Assembly (NCBI GenBank): GCA_964188305.1
Contig: OZ076888.1
DNA: 64,000 nt
Origin: Podarcis bocagei
Taxonomy: Eukaryota
Direction: 5' to 3' (one strand)
Shown here in pieces: positions 52,677-64,000 of this stretch; position 1 is the first letter of the stretch; every line of letters starts with the position of its first letter. A program made the position numbers and the translations under genes. The notes under the pieces were generated by a model. That model was not told the origin of the DNA, searched no databases, and worked only from the letters and a program-made list of their open reading frames with translations.

Positions 52677-54901
52677 GGCGGGAACCGAGAAGCTGGGATG
52701 CGATGCAAGCGCCGCGGATGCACTCTACACACTGCGACGCCACCGACCGGGAGACGCTCGGCCAGGCAAGGGGCGTGCGCCCAAAGACCAGCCCTCCGTG
52801 GTGGCGCATCCCAGGCATCCGCGCAGACAGGCAGCGGACAAATTCCGGGCTCGCTTTTCGCATAACGTTTTTCTACCCAAGAGAAATGAGAGTTGCCCAT
52901 CAAGAAAGAAAGAAATCTAAGGTTTCGGCTTAGTTGTGATTGGGCAGCAGAGCTCCCTCTCGCCAAACGCAGCAGCCAAGATAGGTGTGCAGATCTTTTC
53001 GTGTGGAAATCATATTTAAGACATGTTTCTAAACGCTAAGTGCAGCGCATCTTTATGCAAGTCAACAGAGTTGATCGCCAATTTCGGCTGTGAACAAGTC
53101 CGAGGAGAAGATAATTAAAGTATATTTGTGGCAACCTTAAGAGTGTTTTCTATGGGGCTTTTTGTTGTTGTTGGAAACAAGGCTGGGGCCCATCTCTACT
53201 TTGCAAGTGGGCTCCATATGAAATAACTGGCTAATGGCCGAGCAATTTGTCAGTGTATTGAAACTATGTTAAATAGCACCTGCCACACAAAATAAGATCT
53301 GGATTACAAAGGAGCACGCTACATAAAAATTCTTAATACTGTATCTCCATTCACTGACTTCTCTGAGCAGTTCTTCCAACCCAGGAGAAACTAAAACCGC
53401 TTTTAAAGGAGCCAGGAAGTTTGCCTCCAGATAGTTGAATTGTACCTCTGCACCTTTACAATCTCTATGGGCATTCTAGCCCCACTCAACCCCCTCCCTC
53501 CGGATTCAGTATTGCGCATGCTCTGGTTTTCGGTCCGGCCGTCTGTGTCTCAGACTGGAATTCATACGTGCGTTTTTTAGGAGGAACTATGAAGGTTTGG
53601 CGCATGCGTCCAGAAAGAGGCGCCTGGTCGCTCCCTCAGGCACGGCGCTCACGAAGCGCACGCGAAGGGCAACGTGACCTTCATCCGCTGGGATGGTCAC
53701 CATTGCAATGTGCCCGGGCATCCCACACGGGCTGTGCTAGAGGGGGCGCGGTGGGGGAGAGTGTCCCCCCCAAATTAATGAGCTCGCCCTCACTCCACCC
53801 CCTTCAGCTGCTAGACACCTGTCATTAACTTTATGGTAATTTTTCTGCCAGAGATCTTAACGTGAGGACACAACTTGCTCATCCAGAAATATACTTTGCT
53901 CCTTCTCTGCCCCTCTCCCCCGTTTCATCTGGTGCTACCCCTTCATCCCCGTGGACTGCTCTGTTTTTAAATTTCACCCTTAATTCAAGATGTTATTTAA
54001 CACAGCAAGGAGGATAGATCCCTAAGGAGCCAGACTGGGCAGGTTAGAGTTGTATCATAAGGGGAGCCATAAATTCCAGATGGTGTACTTCAAAATGAGA
54101 CCAGCTTTGCATAGGATGAATGCCTTGGAACAGCCACATGCTAGTGAACAGTAGACACTTAACACCTATAGCACAGGCTCTTAGCCAGTCCAGGCATCGG
54201 GGGTTACAACCTTGCATGATTGAATGTTCCTCTTGTGTGGCAGGGGATTCTGCCTTTAGAAAGCTAGAGTGTAAAGGAATGAAAGTCCCATCTTATTTTC
54301 TTCCTGTCGTGCTCAAAGCAGGGCAGATATCTGACCCCCACCCCAGCTAAAGTGATACTGGCCTGAAAAAATCTTCACAAAGTGTATGAGAGAATGTGAT
54401 GCTAACAACCAATACCAAAATGAAGGTCTTCTAGGCTTGCGTGTTGAGCGTGCTGCTTTGTGGAAGTGAGTCATGGGCAGGAGTGACACCCTAATGCCTT
54501 CCATATGTGCTGCGTCAGGAAGATTTTGGGCATTGCATGGCAGGACAGAGTCTCAAACAAAGATGTGCTCTCCCAAGCCCACATTCCCAGCCTATTTACA
54601 CTTCTGTCTTAGCAACCTTGGCCATGTACACATGACCAGCCAGGCAGGTTCCCCAAGGATCTCTACAGGGAGCTGGCTTCAGGCACTACATCAACTCTGT
54701 GTTACAAAGATGTCCGCAAACACGACATGAAGGTTGACAACATTAATCTTGCAGTGTGGGAATCCCTTGCAGACGTTCACTGTGCCTGGAGATAGACAGA
54801 CAGGTTGTGTATTCACAGCATGGACCAGAGGAAGAATGACCGCTGGCAGAAGCACCGAGAGAAGCAACATCACGGTGCATCTGTAACAGATGTCTTCCCC
54901 T

Positions 54902-55046
54902 CATAGGTGCCAACTCGAACATGAGCACCCACAAAATTCCCCATGAAGGGGCTTGGCACCCACAAATGTTGGTGCCGGGGCCAGGCACACTGCATGGTAC
55001 CATGGGCCCGGGCACCCATGGTCACAGGTCCAAGTTGGCACTCCTG
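54902..55046. mobile_element. hAT-type MITE (145 bp)
   Basis: Imperfect TIRs CATAGGTGCCAACT / AGTTGGCACTCCTG; near-identical 8-bp flanks CTTCCCCT (54894-54901) and CTTCCTCT (55047-55054). Confidence 0.7.
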
Positions 55047-56019
55047 CTTCCTCTGCCCCACCTGCAATAAAACATATATTTCCTGTATTGGTATCTAGAG
55101 ACACAGCAGGTGCTGTAACTCTCCAATGGTTTGACTTTACCCCCAAAGGCACACTCTTCCATAAATGGCCTCCAAGGCACATGGTCACAGTGTAGGCACT
55201 AATCAATGCTGCCTAAGGCACTGTGCCTCCAGGTTACCCAATTTTCATACAAGACAAACTGGTGTTATATTTTCCACCAGCCTTGCTCTTGAAAACGAAA
55301 TGTAGCACTTTTGAGTGCTACATCTAGCTTCATTAACCATGAACCCCCAAACTTGGGATCCCCTCCAAACCGGTGCCTAAGTTATTTAGGCATTTTGCCA
55401 CATCCCCCAAACTGTGAAACTGATACATCAAACTATCCATTTGGAGTAAATTGGACAAGGGGGGATTTTGAGTGCTGTTAACTAGAAACCACAGTTTAGT
55501 ATATCTCTTACTGTGCTTCTGGGAAAGTGCTGCAAAGCTTCGGGTTTCTGCTGCAAAACAACTGCAAAACGTTGCCACTGGTTTGGAGAGTATTGGACAA
55601 CATTGGGTTTTGGGATGACACCCATGATCCCTGGTTTGGTGTATCAATTTCTCAGTTCGGGGGCCACTGCAAAACGTAAGGCTTGGGCTGAAAAACTCTG
55701 CAAAACGATTGCAAAACGTTGGCACTGGTATGGAGGGGATTCTAAATTTGGGGGTTTGTAGTCAGTACACCAATACGCGGCAGAGATGGAGTTGGAACCC
55801 ATGCCTTTCTGCGAATAAATGTCAAGAAGGAATGGGATCAACGAGTATGGCATTAAACACTAGTTCTTAACTCTTAGTTAATTAAAAAAAAAACAAGTTT
55901 GAAATCCGCTTTATATCTACTTTTTGCTATCCTCACCACATTCGTGAACAATTTAACCACCTCTTTTAAAAAAGAAAACACCTTCTGCTGCCATAACAGA
56001 CAAATAGCCTCATCTATTG

Positions 56020-56450
56020 AGTCACGGACTTGCGGCAGCATTAAAATTCTACTCTCGGCCTTTTACGCCCACTACCCTTTCGTCGTATATGGAGGGTTAT
56101 TAACGGGGTCGGAAGTGGATGTTGTATTTTTTTCCCTTTACCTCTTTGGATAGCGGCGGAAAACGTTGAAGGGAAAGCGGAAGTTGATTCTCCGCACGGA
56201 GGCGGATAACCGGAAGTGCTTGGAAAACAAGGCGGAACTGAGGAGCTGCACGTGGGGTTTCTCGTGGCCTGCGCCGTTCAGAATGGGGCGTTCGGGCAAG
56301 CTGCGCTCTGGCTCTGCCAGTAAACTCAAGCGCTGGCGCAAGGGGCATAGCAGCGACAGTAACCCGGAGGGGAGACGCTACCGCCTGGCTGCCAGGGGTC
56401 GCTTGCTCGCTCCCCGATCCGGTATGTGCGGCCAGGATAAGTGGGGGAAT
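56020..56450 (+). promoter_or_regulatory. CpG island / RRP12 promoter with ETS (GABPA-like) sites and an E-box
   Basis: CGGAAGT at ~56110, ~56178 and ~56211; CACGTG at ~56249-56254; ATG at 56283. Confidence 0.8.
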
Positions 56451-59400
56451 AGAATGCACTTATAGAAGGGGGGGGATCGGAATAGAAGGGCTTCAGAGAC
56501 AGAGAGATCTGCTACGAGGGCTTATAGCGTCATGGGGTTGAAGAAAAGCATTCTTCACCCGGAGAAATGTACTTTGTTTAGTTATCCTACGTTATTGAAC
56601 GTTAAAACCATGGAACTGTCCGACATGAATGAATTCCTGTACCCACCCTATGTGATGTAGCTGGTGCCAGCATCTTTTGTGCCCCATAACACAATACAGT
56701 GGTACCTCGGGTTACATACGCTTCAGGTTGCATACGCTTCAGGTTACAGACTCCGCTAACCCAGAAATATTACCTCGGATTAAGAACTTTGCTTCAGGAT
56801 GAGAACAGAAATTGTGCTCCAGCGGCGCGGCAGCAGCAGGAGGCCCCATTAGCTAAAGTGGTGCTTCAGGTTAAGAACAGTTAAGAACAGACCTCCGGAA
56901 CGAATTAAGTACTTAACCTGAGGTACCACTGTACAAAAGACAAGAAGTATATATTTTCTCCTATTAAGTGTGACGTTTCATTTTCCACAGCGACCCTTGT
57001 TACTATGGGTGAAGTACTGCTGCCTGTAGTGCTTGTTCATTGATGGTTAAGTTGGAATAATAGTTGTGGAAGGATACTTGTGTAAATTTTGATACCAAGC
57101 TAGTGAGTAGCTATCTAACGCCGTGACCGGTCTGTTGTGGATTAATCTCCTTTCTGGATTGCCTGGAAACAACTTGGCTTGTCATTTGTGACTCTCTTGG
57201 TAGGCCTTATATGGACAGAAACCTCATAGCAATCCGTTATGAAATGTGTACTCCCCCCAGTGTTGATTGAAGGTTTGTCTTTCCCTTACAGAAAACAGTA
57301 ACCTGACTGTGGATGCTCTGAAACTGCACAATGAACTGCAGTCATCAGGACCCCTGCCTGCCTCACGGGATGGGGAAGGGAGTCAGCTGCGCATGGAGGA
57401 GGATGACAATGCCGAAACTGCTAAGACCCACAAATCTTCAGCCACCTTCCTGAGTGGACTGAGTGACTGCACCAGCCTCACCTTCAGTAAAGTGCAACGT
57501 TTCTGGGAGTCCAACTCTGCTGCTCACAAGGAGGTAATTGAATGCCAACTCCTAGGAAGTCACAAGGGCGGTGAAAGGGAGGGGCATAGAATATTGGGGG
57601 AAAGCACGCAGAGGAAAAAGTCAGTTTTTGACTGTAAGAGGAGATGGAGTGGAAGAGAGGTCAGCAGAGAAGAAAGTGGGTAAACAATACATTAGAAGGA
57701 ACAGAGAAAAGTGGACACCAAGCAACCAAAGTGATAGACTAAAAGAAGTAACAGCAGTCAACTGACAGTGTGTCACTAAAGCAGCAGTTATGTTGTTAGC
57801 TCATTGTTAACTGCCCTAAAGCTACAAGATTAATAAGTAATACAGTGGTACCTCGGGTTACAGATGCTTCAGATTACAGACTCCGCTAACCCAGAAATAG
57901 TACCTCGGGTTAAGAACTTTGCTTCAGGATGAGAACAGAAATTGTGCTGTGGCAGCGGGAGGCCCCATTAGCTAAAGTGGTACCTCAAGTTAAGAACAGT
58001 TTCAGGTTAAGACTGGACCTCCAGAATGAATTAAGTTCTTAACCCGAGTACCACTGTAATCATATGCGTAAGAGTTGCCAATCTGCCTCTCCCTGTTCAT
58101 AACTGAGAACTGTGTGCACTATATTTGTTATTCAGGATTGAACAGTTTATAGTTGTTGGCTGTCTGGTAATAATGTAAGAGATGGATCCTCAGAGGTACG
58201 TTATGAATACACTGGCTTCCTGCTACATATTGGGGGCACTTTGACGCCTTCATTGTTCTGAGGGAAATGGAGGAAGAATTGCTATGCCATTTTGGAAATT
58301 TAAAGCAGAACTTGAATTCATACTTAGATTGCAAGAATGAGAAAAGTGGGCATTGTGCCTCCATCTCCAGATTGAAGAGCAAGTGAAATGAATGTCAATC
58401 TACCGCTCATCTCCCTGGATCTCTAGTTCAGACACAATCCTCCTACTCTCATGTCAGCTCAAGAGCCCAGCACAGTAGTTATAGATAGCTGGTCTGCTCT
58501 TCCAGCTATTTGCTTATCTATGTCGAAGTCATGCTGACCAGTAATCAATGGTGAAGTTTTCAGTCTCTCCGGGAAGCATTCATAGGGATGGACAACAATG
58601 TTTACATGTAGGTGTTGGGATGGCATGTTGTGAGGGAATGTTAAATTAATTTGGGCTTTAATCTGAATTCTCACACTTGGATTCTTTGATAGATATGTGC
58701 GGTATTGGCTGCTGTCACCGAGGTGATCCGAGCACAGGGTGGCGTAGAGAGTGAGACAGAGTATTTTGGTGCATTGGTAAGTACCAGTGCTGTAAAATGA
58801 GGCAGGCAGGAGCTACCTGGAGGTTTCAGGTCACTGATATGTACAGTTGAGTGTGGTTACCAACAACTGCTGTGATCGCAGTATTCATCAATAATCCCAA
58901 TAAACAAACAGACTTGACCGTCATAAGGCAAATAGCAGACAGGAAGTAATGGCAAGACCTTGTAGCATTTGCATGAACAGTTTATCTTGCTTCCCTTCAT
59001 GCTTTTTACTTATTTATTTTATTACTACATTTACATCTTGCCCTTCAAGGAAAATTTCCAGGGAAGCTTACATAAAATTCAGTAAGCACAACCAACACCA
59101 ATCCCACTGGATGAAACAATTCCATACACCAGTTGGAGTGATGATGAGAGAAGGCTCCACTTGATATGCACTCAGCCTAGGGAACGGGGAAATAAACCAC
59201 TAAGAAAATTGCAAAATGGTGCATCCATAGCCCACCCATGGTAGCAACTGCAGAGGGAGCCAATGAAGTCATGATAACAATTAAGCCCCACAACACAGCC
59301 CTCGTCTATATTTCTGACACTCATATACTGGTTGTGGCGTGCTATGATTGGGTGCTCCTTGCAGCATATCCTGCATTTTATCATAGCAATATGGGAGGTG

Positions 59401-62400
59401 GGGGAAGATTGTCACATGAGCCAGCATATGGCCAGGTTGTTGTTGCCATTATTATTATTAAAATTTGGATACTGCCCAAGATCTCAGGGTGGTTCATAGC
59501 GTAAAAATACAGAATAAAACCACAAAGTACATAATAGAAACATAATCAGAGCAAAAACAAACCAATAACCTAAAGGTGCTCCGTTAGACTTCAAGATGCA
59601 ATCCCAGGGAGTCCAACATCCTTTCTGATTACTTCCTGCACCATACTATGTCTCCTCAGATGACTACTCTGGAAGCTGTGGAATCTCCAGAGTCCCTGGC
59701 TGCTGTTGCTTACCTGCTGAATCTGGTGTTGAAGAGGTGAGTTCTAAGAACATGAGAGAAGTACTTTTGGACCAGACCAGTGGCCCACATCAGGATGCTT
59801 TAGAAAACGATTAGAACTATTGAGGATGCAAGCATAACCTTCAATGCTATCTTGACTATTTCCCGGACAAAGGCTGATCTGGATGTAGCTATTGAATGTG
59901 TTGGGCCCTGTTGTGAATCCATTTACACTCTTGACCTCTTTTTATTGTATTTTGGCAATGAGTCCCCAAGATAAATATCCTTCCTCTTTGGGTTGCTGTT
60001 TAATTGATTGACACATTCATATGATGTGTTACTGAAATAAAAGTCCCCAAGCAATTTTTTGCACCTGACCTTTTAAACTGTCCTTAATGGTAAAAAATCC
60101 TGAATCTATTAGACATTCATTTTCTGGTATCTTTTATGCAGCCCTGATCACTCAAGCACTTCTGTCCACATTTACCACTTCATTATATCTCTGTTTAGAT
60201 AAGATGACCAGAACTCCCCACCATGACCTAAGTATGGATGTTGTTGCTCTTACACTTGACAATAGATAACTGTGCAAGTGATGAAGTGCAAGAGCTGGTC
60301 TGGGGCTTTGGTGACTCTCTTGTCTTTTGAAACAGAGTGGGTGATTCATGTACTGGGAGATTAGAAGTATAGGGTGCTACCAAACTAAGCCTAGCTGCAA
60401 GAGAGTAAAGTTCCTTGGAAGCAAAGGGTAGTGGAATATAGTGATACCTTGGATCTTGAATGCCTTGGCTCATGAACAAATTGGCTCCTGAACGATTGAA
60501 ACCCGGAAGTGAGTGTTCTGGTTTTAAACATTCTTTTGGAAGCAGAACATACAACAGGGCTTCCGTGGCTTCTGATTGGCTGCAGGAGCTTCCTGCAGCC
60601 AATCAGAAGCTGCACTTCGGTTTCCGAACATTTTGGAAGTTGAACAGACTTCTGTAGTGGATTCTGTTCGACTTCCAAGGTATGACTGTACTTGCTATTG
60701 TTTTTGCCTAACATTGATACCTCCTATCTCTTAACTCCCTAATAGGGTACCAGGTCCTGTGCTGATCAAGAAATTCTCTGATACATCAAAGGCCTTTATG
60801 GGGATCTTAGGCTCCCAAGCCTGTGGAGACTCCACCTCAGCCCTGCGCTGGGTAAGTGTTTCAGGAGAGGACTAACTGTGGGGCAGGATGGACATCTGGA
60901 TATTGGGTGTGGGCAGCTGTTGTGGTTAATGGAATCCTTTATGTAGTGTGATGTGCACTTGTGATTGTATTGTGAAATCCCTTTGAGATGCTTCATGGGA
61001 AATAATGCAGAAATGAAATATAAATAAATAAAAAATGCATGTCCAGGAGTCAGGGGCCATTCTGTATAGCTTCTTGGTTTATTGCTTCTCACCCCACCAC
61101 CCCCACAAGCAAGGTGTGTGGAGCAGTGCTGGGTTGAATGAATCCTGTTGATAGGCTCAAAGATAAAGGGCGTAGGTAGTGGTGTCAGATGCATCAGAAA
61201 TTTTAAACTGAAACCCTGGCTTAAGGGCTCACTAGTGTATATGCAAGGATGTTTCTTGGCATAGTGATAGCACTCTATATGTCCATCCTTAATCTGTCTG
61301 CTTTCAGGTGCTCTCCTGCCTAGCTACATTGCTGCGAAGACAGAACCTGGTAGCTTGGAATTACCCTGTGACGATGCAAGTTTTTCATGGCATTCTCAGC
61401 TTTACTGTCCATGTCAAGCCCAAGGTGAGTTCACATCACCTACCCTGTTCAGCACAAACCAGTCAGTTTCACTGCACTTGGCAGCATGCACCCCAACGCT
61501 GCCCCATCGCTTTTGTTTCATCTGTTAAATGTATGTCCCACCTTTCCATGTGGAATGCCTATGGGGGCTAACAATAAAGTATAATAAGAGATGTAGCTCA
61601 TTTCCAGTATGCAACTGCTTGGAGCTGGGCATGAAGTAAACAGCCCAGCTCACCACCCTCTCTCCCTCCCCTTTCCTCGCTTGCAGGTTCGCAAGGCTGC
61701 TCAGCATGGCGTTTGCTCCATCCTGAGAGGTAGCGAATTCCTCTTTGGGGATGGGGCTCCCTCGCATCACCCAGCTGCATCTTCTGCTGCCAAGTTCTGC
61801 GTGCAAGAGATTGAGAAAGCTGGAGGTATTGGAGACGGGAGATTCATGAGTTGTGTTTTATTAATATTTGCAAGCTGCTCTGGGACAAATCTCCCTGAAG
61901 GGTGGGCTGTGAGTTTTATAATAACAAACTGTGTTGAGAAGGTAGCAGTGCTAGACCTCTTTGGTTTTCCAGGTGCCAAAGAGGCCACAACCACTCTTCA
62001 TGTACTCACTCTGCTGCGTGACTTGCTGCCCTGCCTGCCTGCCCCATCTGTCAAATCTTGCTGCGAGACCCTCCTTCGAGTTATGACCCTCAGCCATGTG
62101 GTGAGCTCTCTTCTGTTGGTTAACAGCGGCTCTGTGGCGCTGCCTCTGCTCTGCGGATGCCACACCACCCAGTGGGGAGAGCCAGCATGCTTCAGTAAGA
62201 ATGAAAGCATGAATAGTCTTTGTTTGTTACCAATGGGGGCTTGGTATGAATTACCTATGTTTCTAAAGTCCCTCTTCAGGATGGGAAATAATGGCCCTGT
62301 CACTTTAAGAGGGACACTTCATTACCATATTTGGCACACTGGCTTTTGTGGGGAGCCAGTGTATCTGGTGCTTTTAAAATAACTTATTTTTACACATCTT

Positions 62401-63876
62401 CTCTCCACCCCCAGCTAGTGACAGCATGTGCTATGAAAGCTTTCCACAGCCTCTTCGTTGCCCAGCCGCCCCCATCCTGCCTGCCAGCTGAACTCAATGC
62501 CCAGATCATCGTGGTGAGTACTGTAAGAGTCAGACTAGATGAGTGGGGGGGGGTGCATAACCAGCCCTGGGGGCTCAAATATTTAGTTATTCGTTTTGGT
62601 ACATATATATCCTACTTTTCAAGGCAAAAACCCTTCTCAAAGCAATTCACGAGCTAGTATCAATACAACTTTAAAATAATTCAGATTCAGTAAACAACCA
62701 ATAACGCTATCTATTCTGCTTTACCAGGCCCTATATGACTATTTACCCAGGGAAAATGACCTTCAGCCTCTGCTGGCCTGGCTATCTGTCATGGAGCGGG
62801 CACATGTCAATCTGGCAAAGTAAGGAGGAGAGTAGTGGGGAAGATGGATGGGTGGTGTTGGGTCTACTCCTCAGCTGGTCCATAACAAAAGGTCTCTCCA
62901 TTCTCTAGGCTGCAGTGGGATCTGTGCTGGGCTCACCTTTCCCGCCTCTTCAGTGCGGCAGTGAACTGCTTCCTTTCTCCTCACACACAGGTGGCGGCAG
63001 CTGCTGCTCAAACCCTAAAGGTACTGTCCTACCTTTACTCCCAAGCATACCATGTAGGGCTGTCAAGAATTGTGTGCTGCTGAAATAAAGATTTGTTTGG
63101 CATTTCAGTGAAAGTATGCAACCCCACTCTCCCCAAAAGTCCTCTTTGTGAATACACACCTACAGAGAACTTTTGCATTGCCAGCTTCAGTTCAACCCCG
63201 TGATGTAACAGGATACTCGGACCTACAGCCAGTGCTGCAAGCACTGATTGGCACTCACCGAAAGCCTGCTTTAAGGAGGCATCCACTGTGCTGGTGGGGA
63301 ACTCCTTAGCACAGTCCATCACTGCAGGCTTACTATATAGCCATTCAGCTGACAGTGCGAGTTTCTCTTGGCAAGGAATAACTGGAGCACTTTAATGCTC
63401 CTGATTGTTTGGCATCTATGTCACCATGTGGGTAAGAGGGCATGGTTTGAGGAAAACTGCCTTGTGGGCCCAATTGGGACACATGCTGGACTTTGCCCAC
63501 CCCTGCTGTAAGGAGAGTGGGCTAGTGCTAAAGCTCTATGTGTGTGTGTTTGCCTCTTGTTGTAGGTCTTGCTCAATGAATGCGTGGCCCCCCACATGGC
63601 AGAGCTGGGGCTGGTTTCCTCTGCCACCCCCTCTGGACCGGCTGCTCACGTCTGCAAGATGTTCAGGTAGAAGAAGTGGCCCAGTAGGTTGAGGGAAAGA
63701 GGTCAAAATCCTGGTTTTGAAAGGCTGCGTGTTGAATAACTATTTGCTTTTCTCCTTGCAGAGCAGTGGAAGAGGGCTTGACATACCGGTTCCATGCGGC
63801 ATGGGCCTCCGTGTTGCAGGTTCTGAAGACTTTCTTTGAAGTGTGTGGGCATCAGTGCCATCTCACCATGTGTAAG
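56283..63876 (+). CDS. RRP12: RRP12-like protein (ribosome biogenesis HEAT-repeat factor), exons 1-13, 3'-partial
   Basis: Exons: 56283-56421,57292-57533,58693-58776,59660-59736,60746-60851,61308-61424,61687-61825,61973-62100,62415-62513,62728-62819,62909-63020,63566-63666,63762-63876 (517 codons, open frame). Peptides [84 protein letters not shown]. Confidence 0.97.
56697..56931 (+). mobile_element. Mariner-type MITE (CAGTGGTACCTC family), RRP12 intron 1
   Basis: TA-flanked TIRs; same internal sequence as the 37147 copy. Confidence 0.9.
57843..58056 (+). mobile_element. Mariner-type MITE (CAGTGGTACCTC family), RRP12 intron 2
   Basis: TA-flanked TIRs; same internal sequence as the 56697 copy. 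Confidence 0.9.
60439..60688. mobile_element. Mariner-type palindromic MITE in RRP12 intron 4
   Basis: TA|TAGTGATACCTTGGA ... TCCAAGGTATGACTG|TA; perfect central 20-bp hairpin at 60568-60610. Confidence 0.82.
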
Positions 63877-64000
63877 GTAAAGGAGTTTCTGTGGTGACTG
63901 AGCCCTGTTCCACAAGAGACAAGAAGGGATCTCCATGGCAAAAGAACATTTGGACACTGAGGCCTTGCAAATCTCTGAGATGCATTGTTGCTAAACTTTT

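Noticed and set aside
61609-62382. 257-aa ORF as a single-exon gene
   Set aside because: It is RRP12 exons 7-8 with read-through of adjacent introns.
56422-63761. Intronic snoRNAs in RRP12 (also looked for in EXOSC1 and MMS19)
   Set aside because: I found no convincing box C/D pair with a terminal stem, or H/ACA fold, by eye; an Infernal/Rfam scan would be needed to exclude them.

Overview
Eukaryotic (vertebrate) genomic DNA, most likely from a squamate lizard (Lacertidae-like, inferred from a Sauria SINE, other tRNA-derived SINEs and TA-flanked mariner-type MITEs). The window is the amniote syntenic block equivalent to human 10q24.1, arranged as three head-to-head gene pairs: UBTD1 (-, first coding exon only) / MMS19 (+, complete, 31 coding exons, 1020 aa); ZDHHC16 (-, complete, 10 coding exons, 375 aa) / EXOSC1 (+, complete, 8 exons, 194 aa); PGAM1 (-, complete, 4 exons, 255 aa) / RRP12 (+, first 13 exons, runs off the window end). 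I built the exon chains by hand from splice sites and reading frame, and each complete CDS is frame-consistent and stop-free. Gene identities rest on remembered human protein sequences, not on a database search. Most ORFs in the supplied track are spurious or are exon fragments running into introns. I see no clearly new multi-gene system. The best leads are regulatory: (1) a strong-Kozak upstream AUG in the ZDHHC16 leader whose ORF either ends in an AUGA overlap on the main start codon or encodes a 51-aa peptide, depending on a candidate cassette exon; (2) U12 (minor) introns in both genes of the ZDHHC16/EXOSC1 bidirectional pair; (3) a 945-bp MITE carrying an array of ~60-bp self-hairpin units between the convergent MMS19 and ZDHHC16 3' ends; (4) a MITE inserted 20 nt from the PGAM1 exon 2 acceptor that probably supplies the branch point; (5) several splice-site oddities in MMS19.
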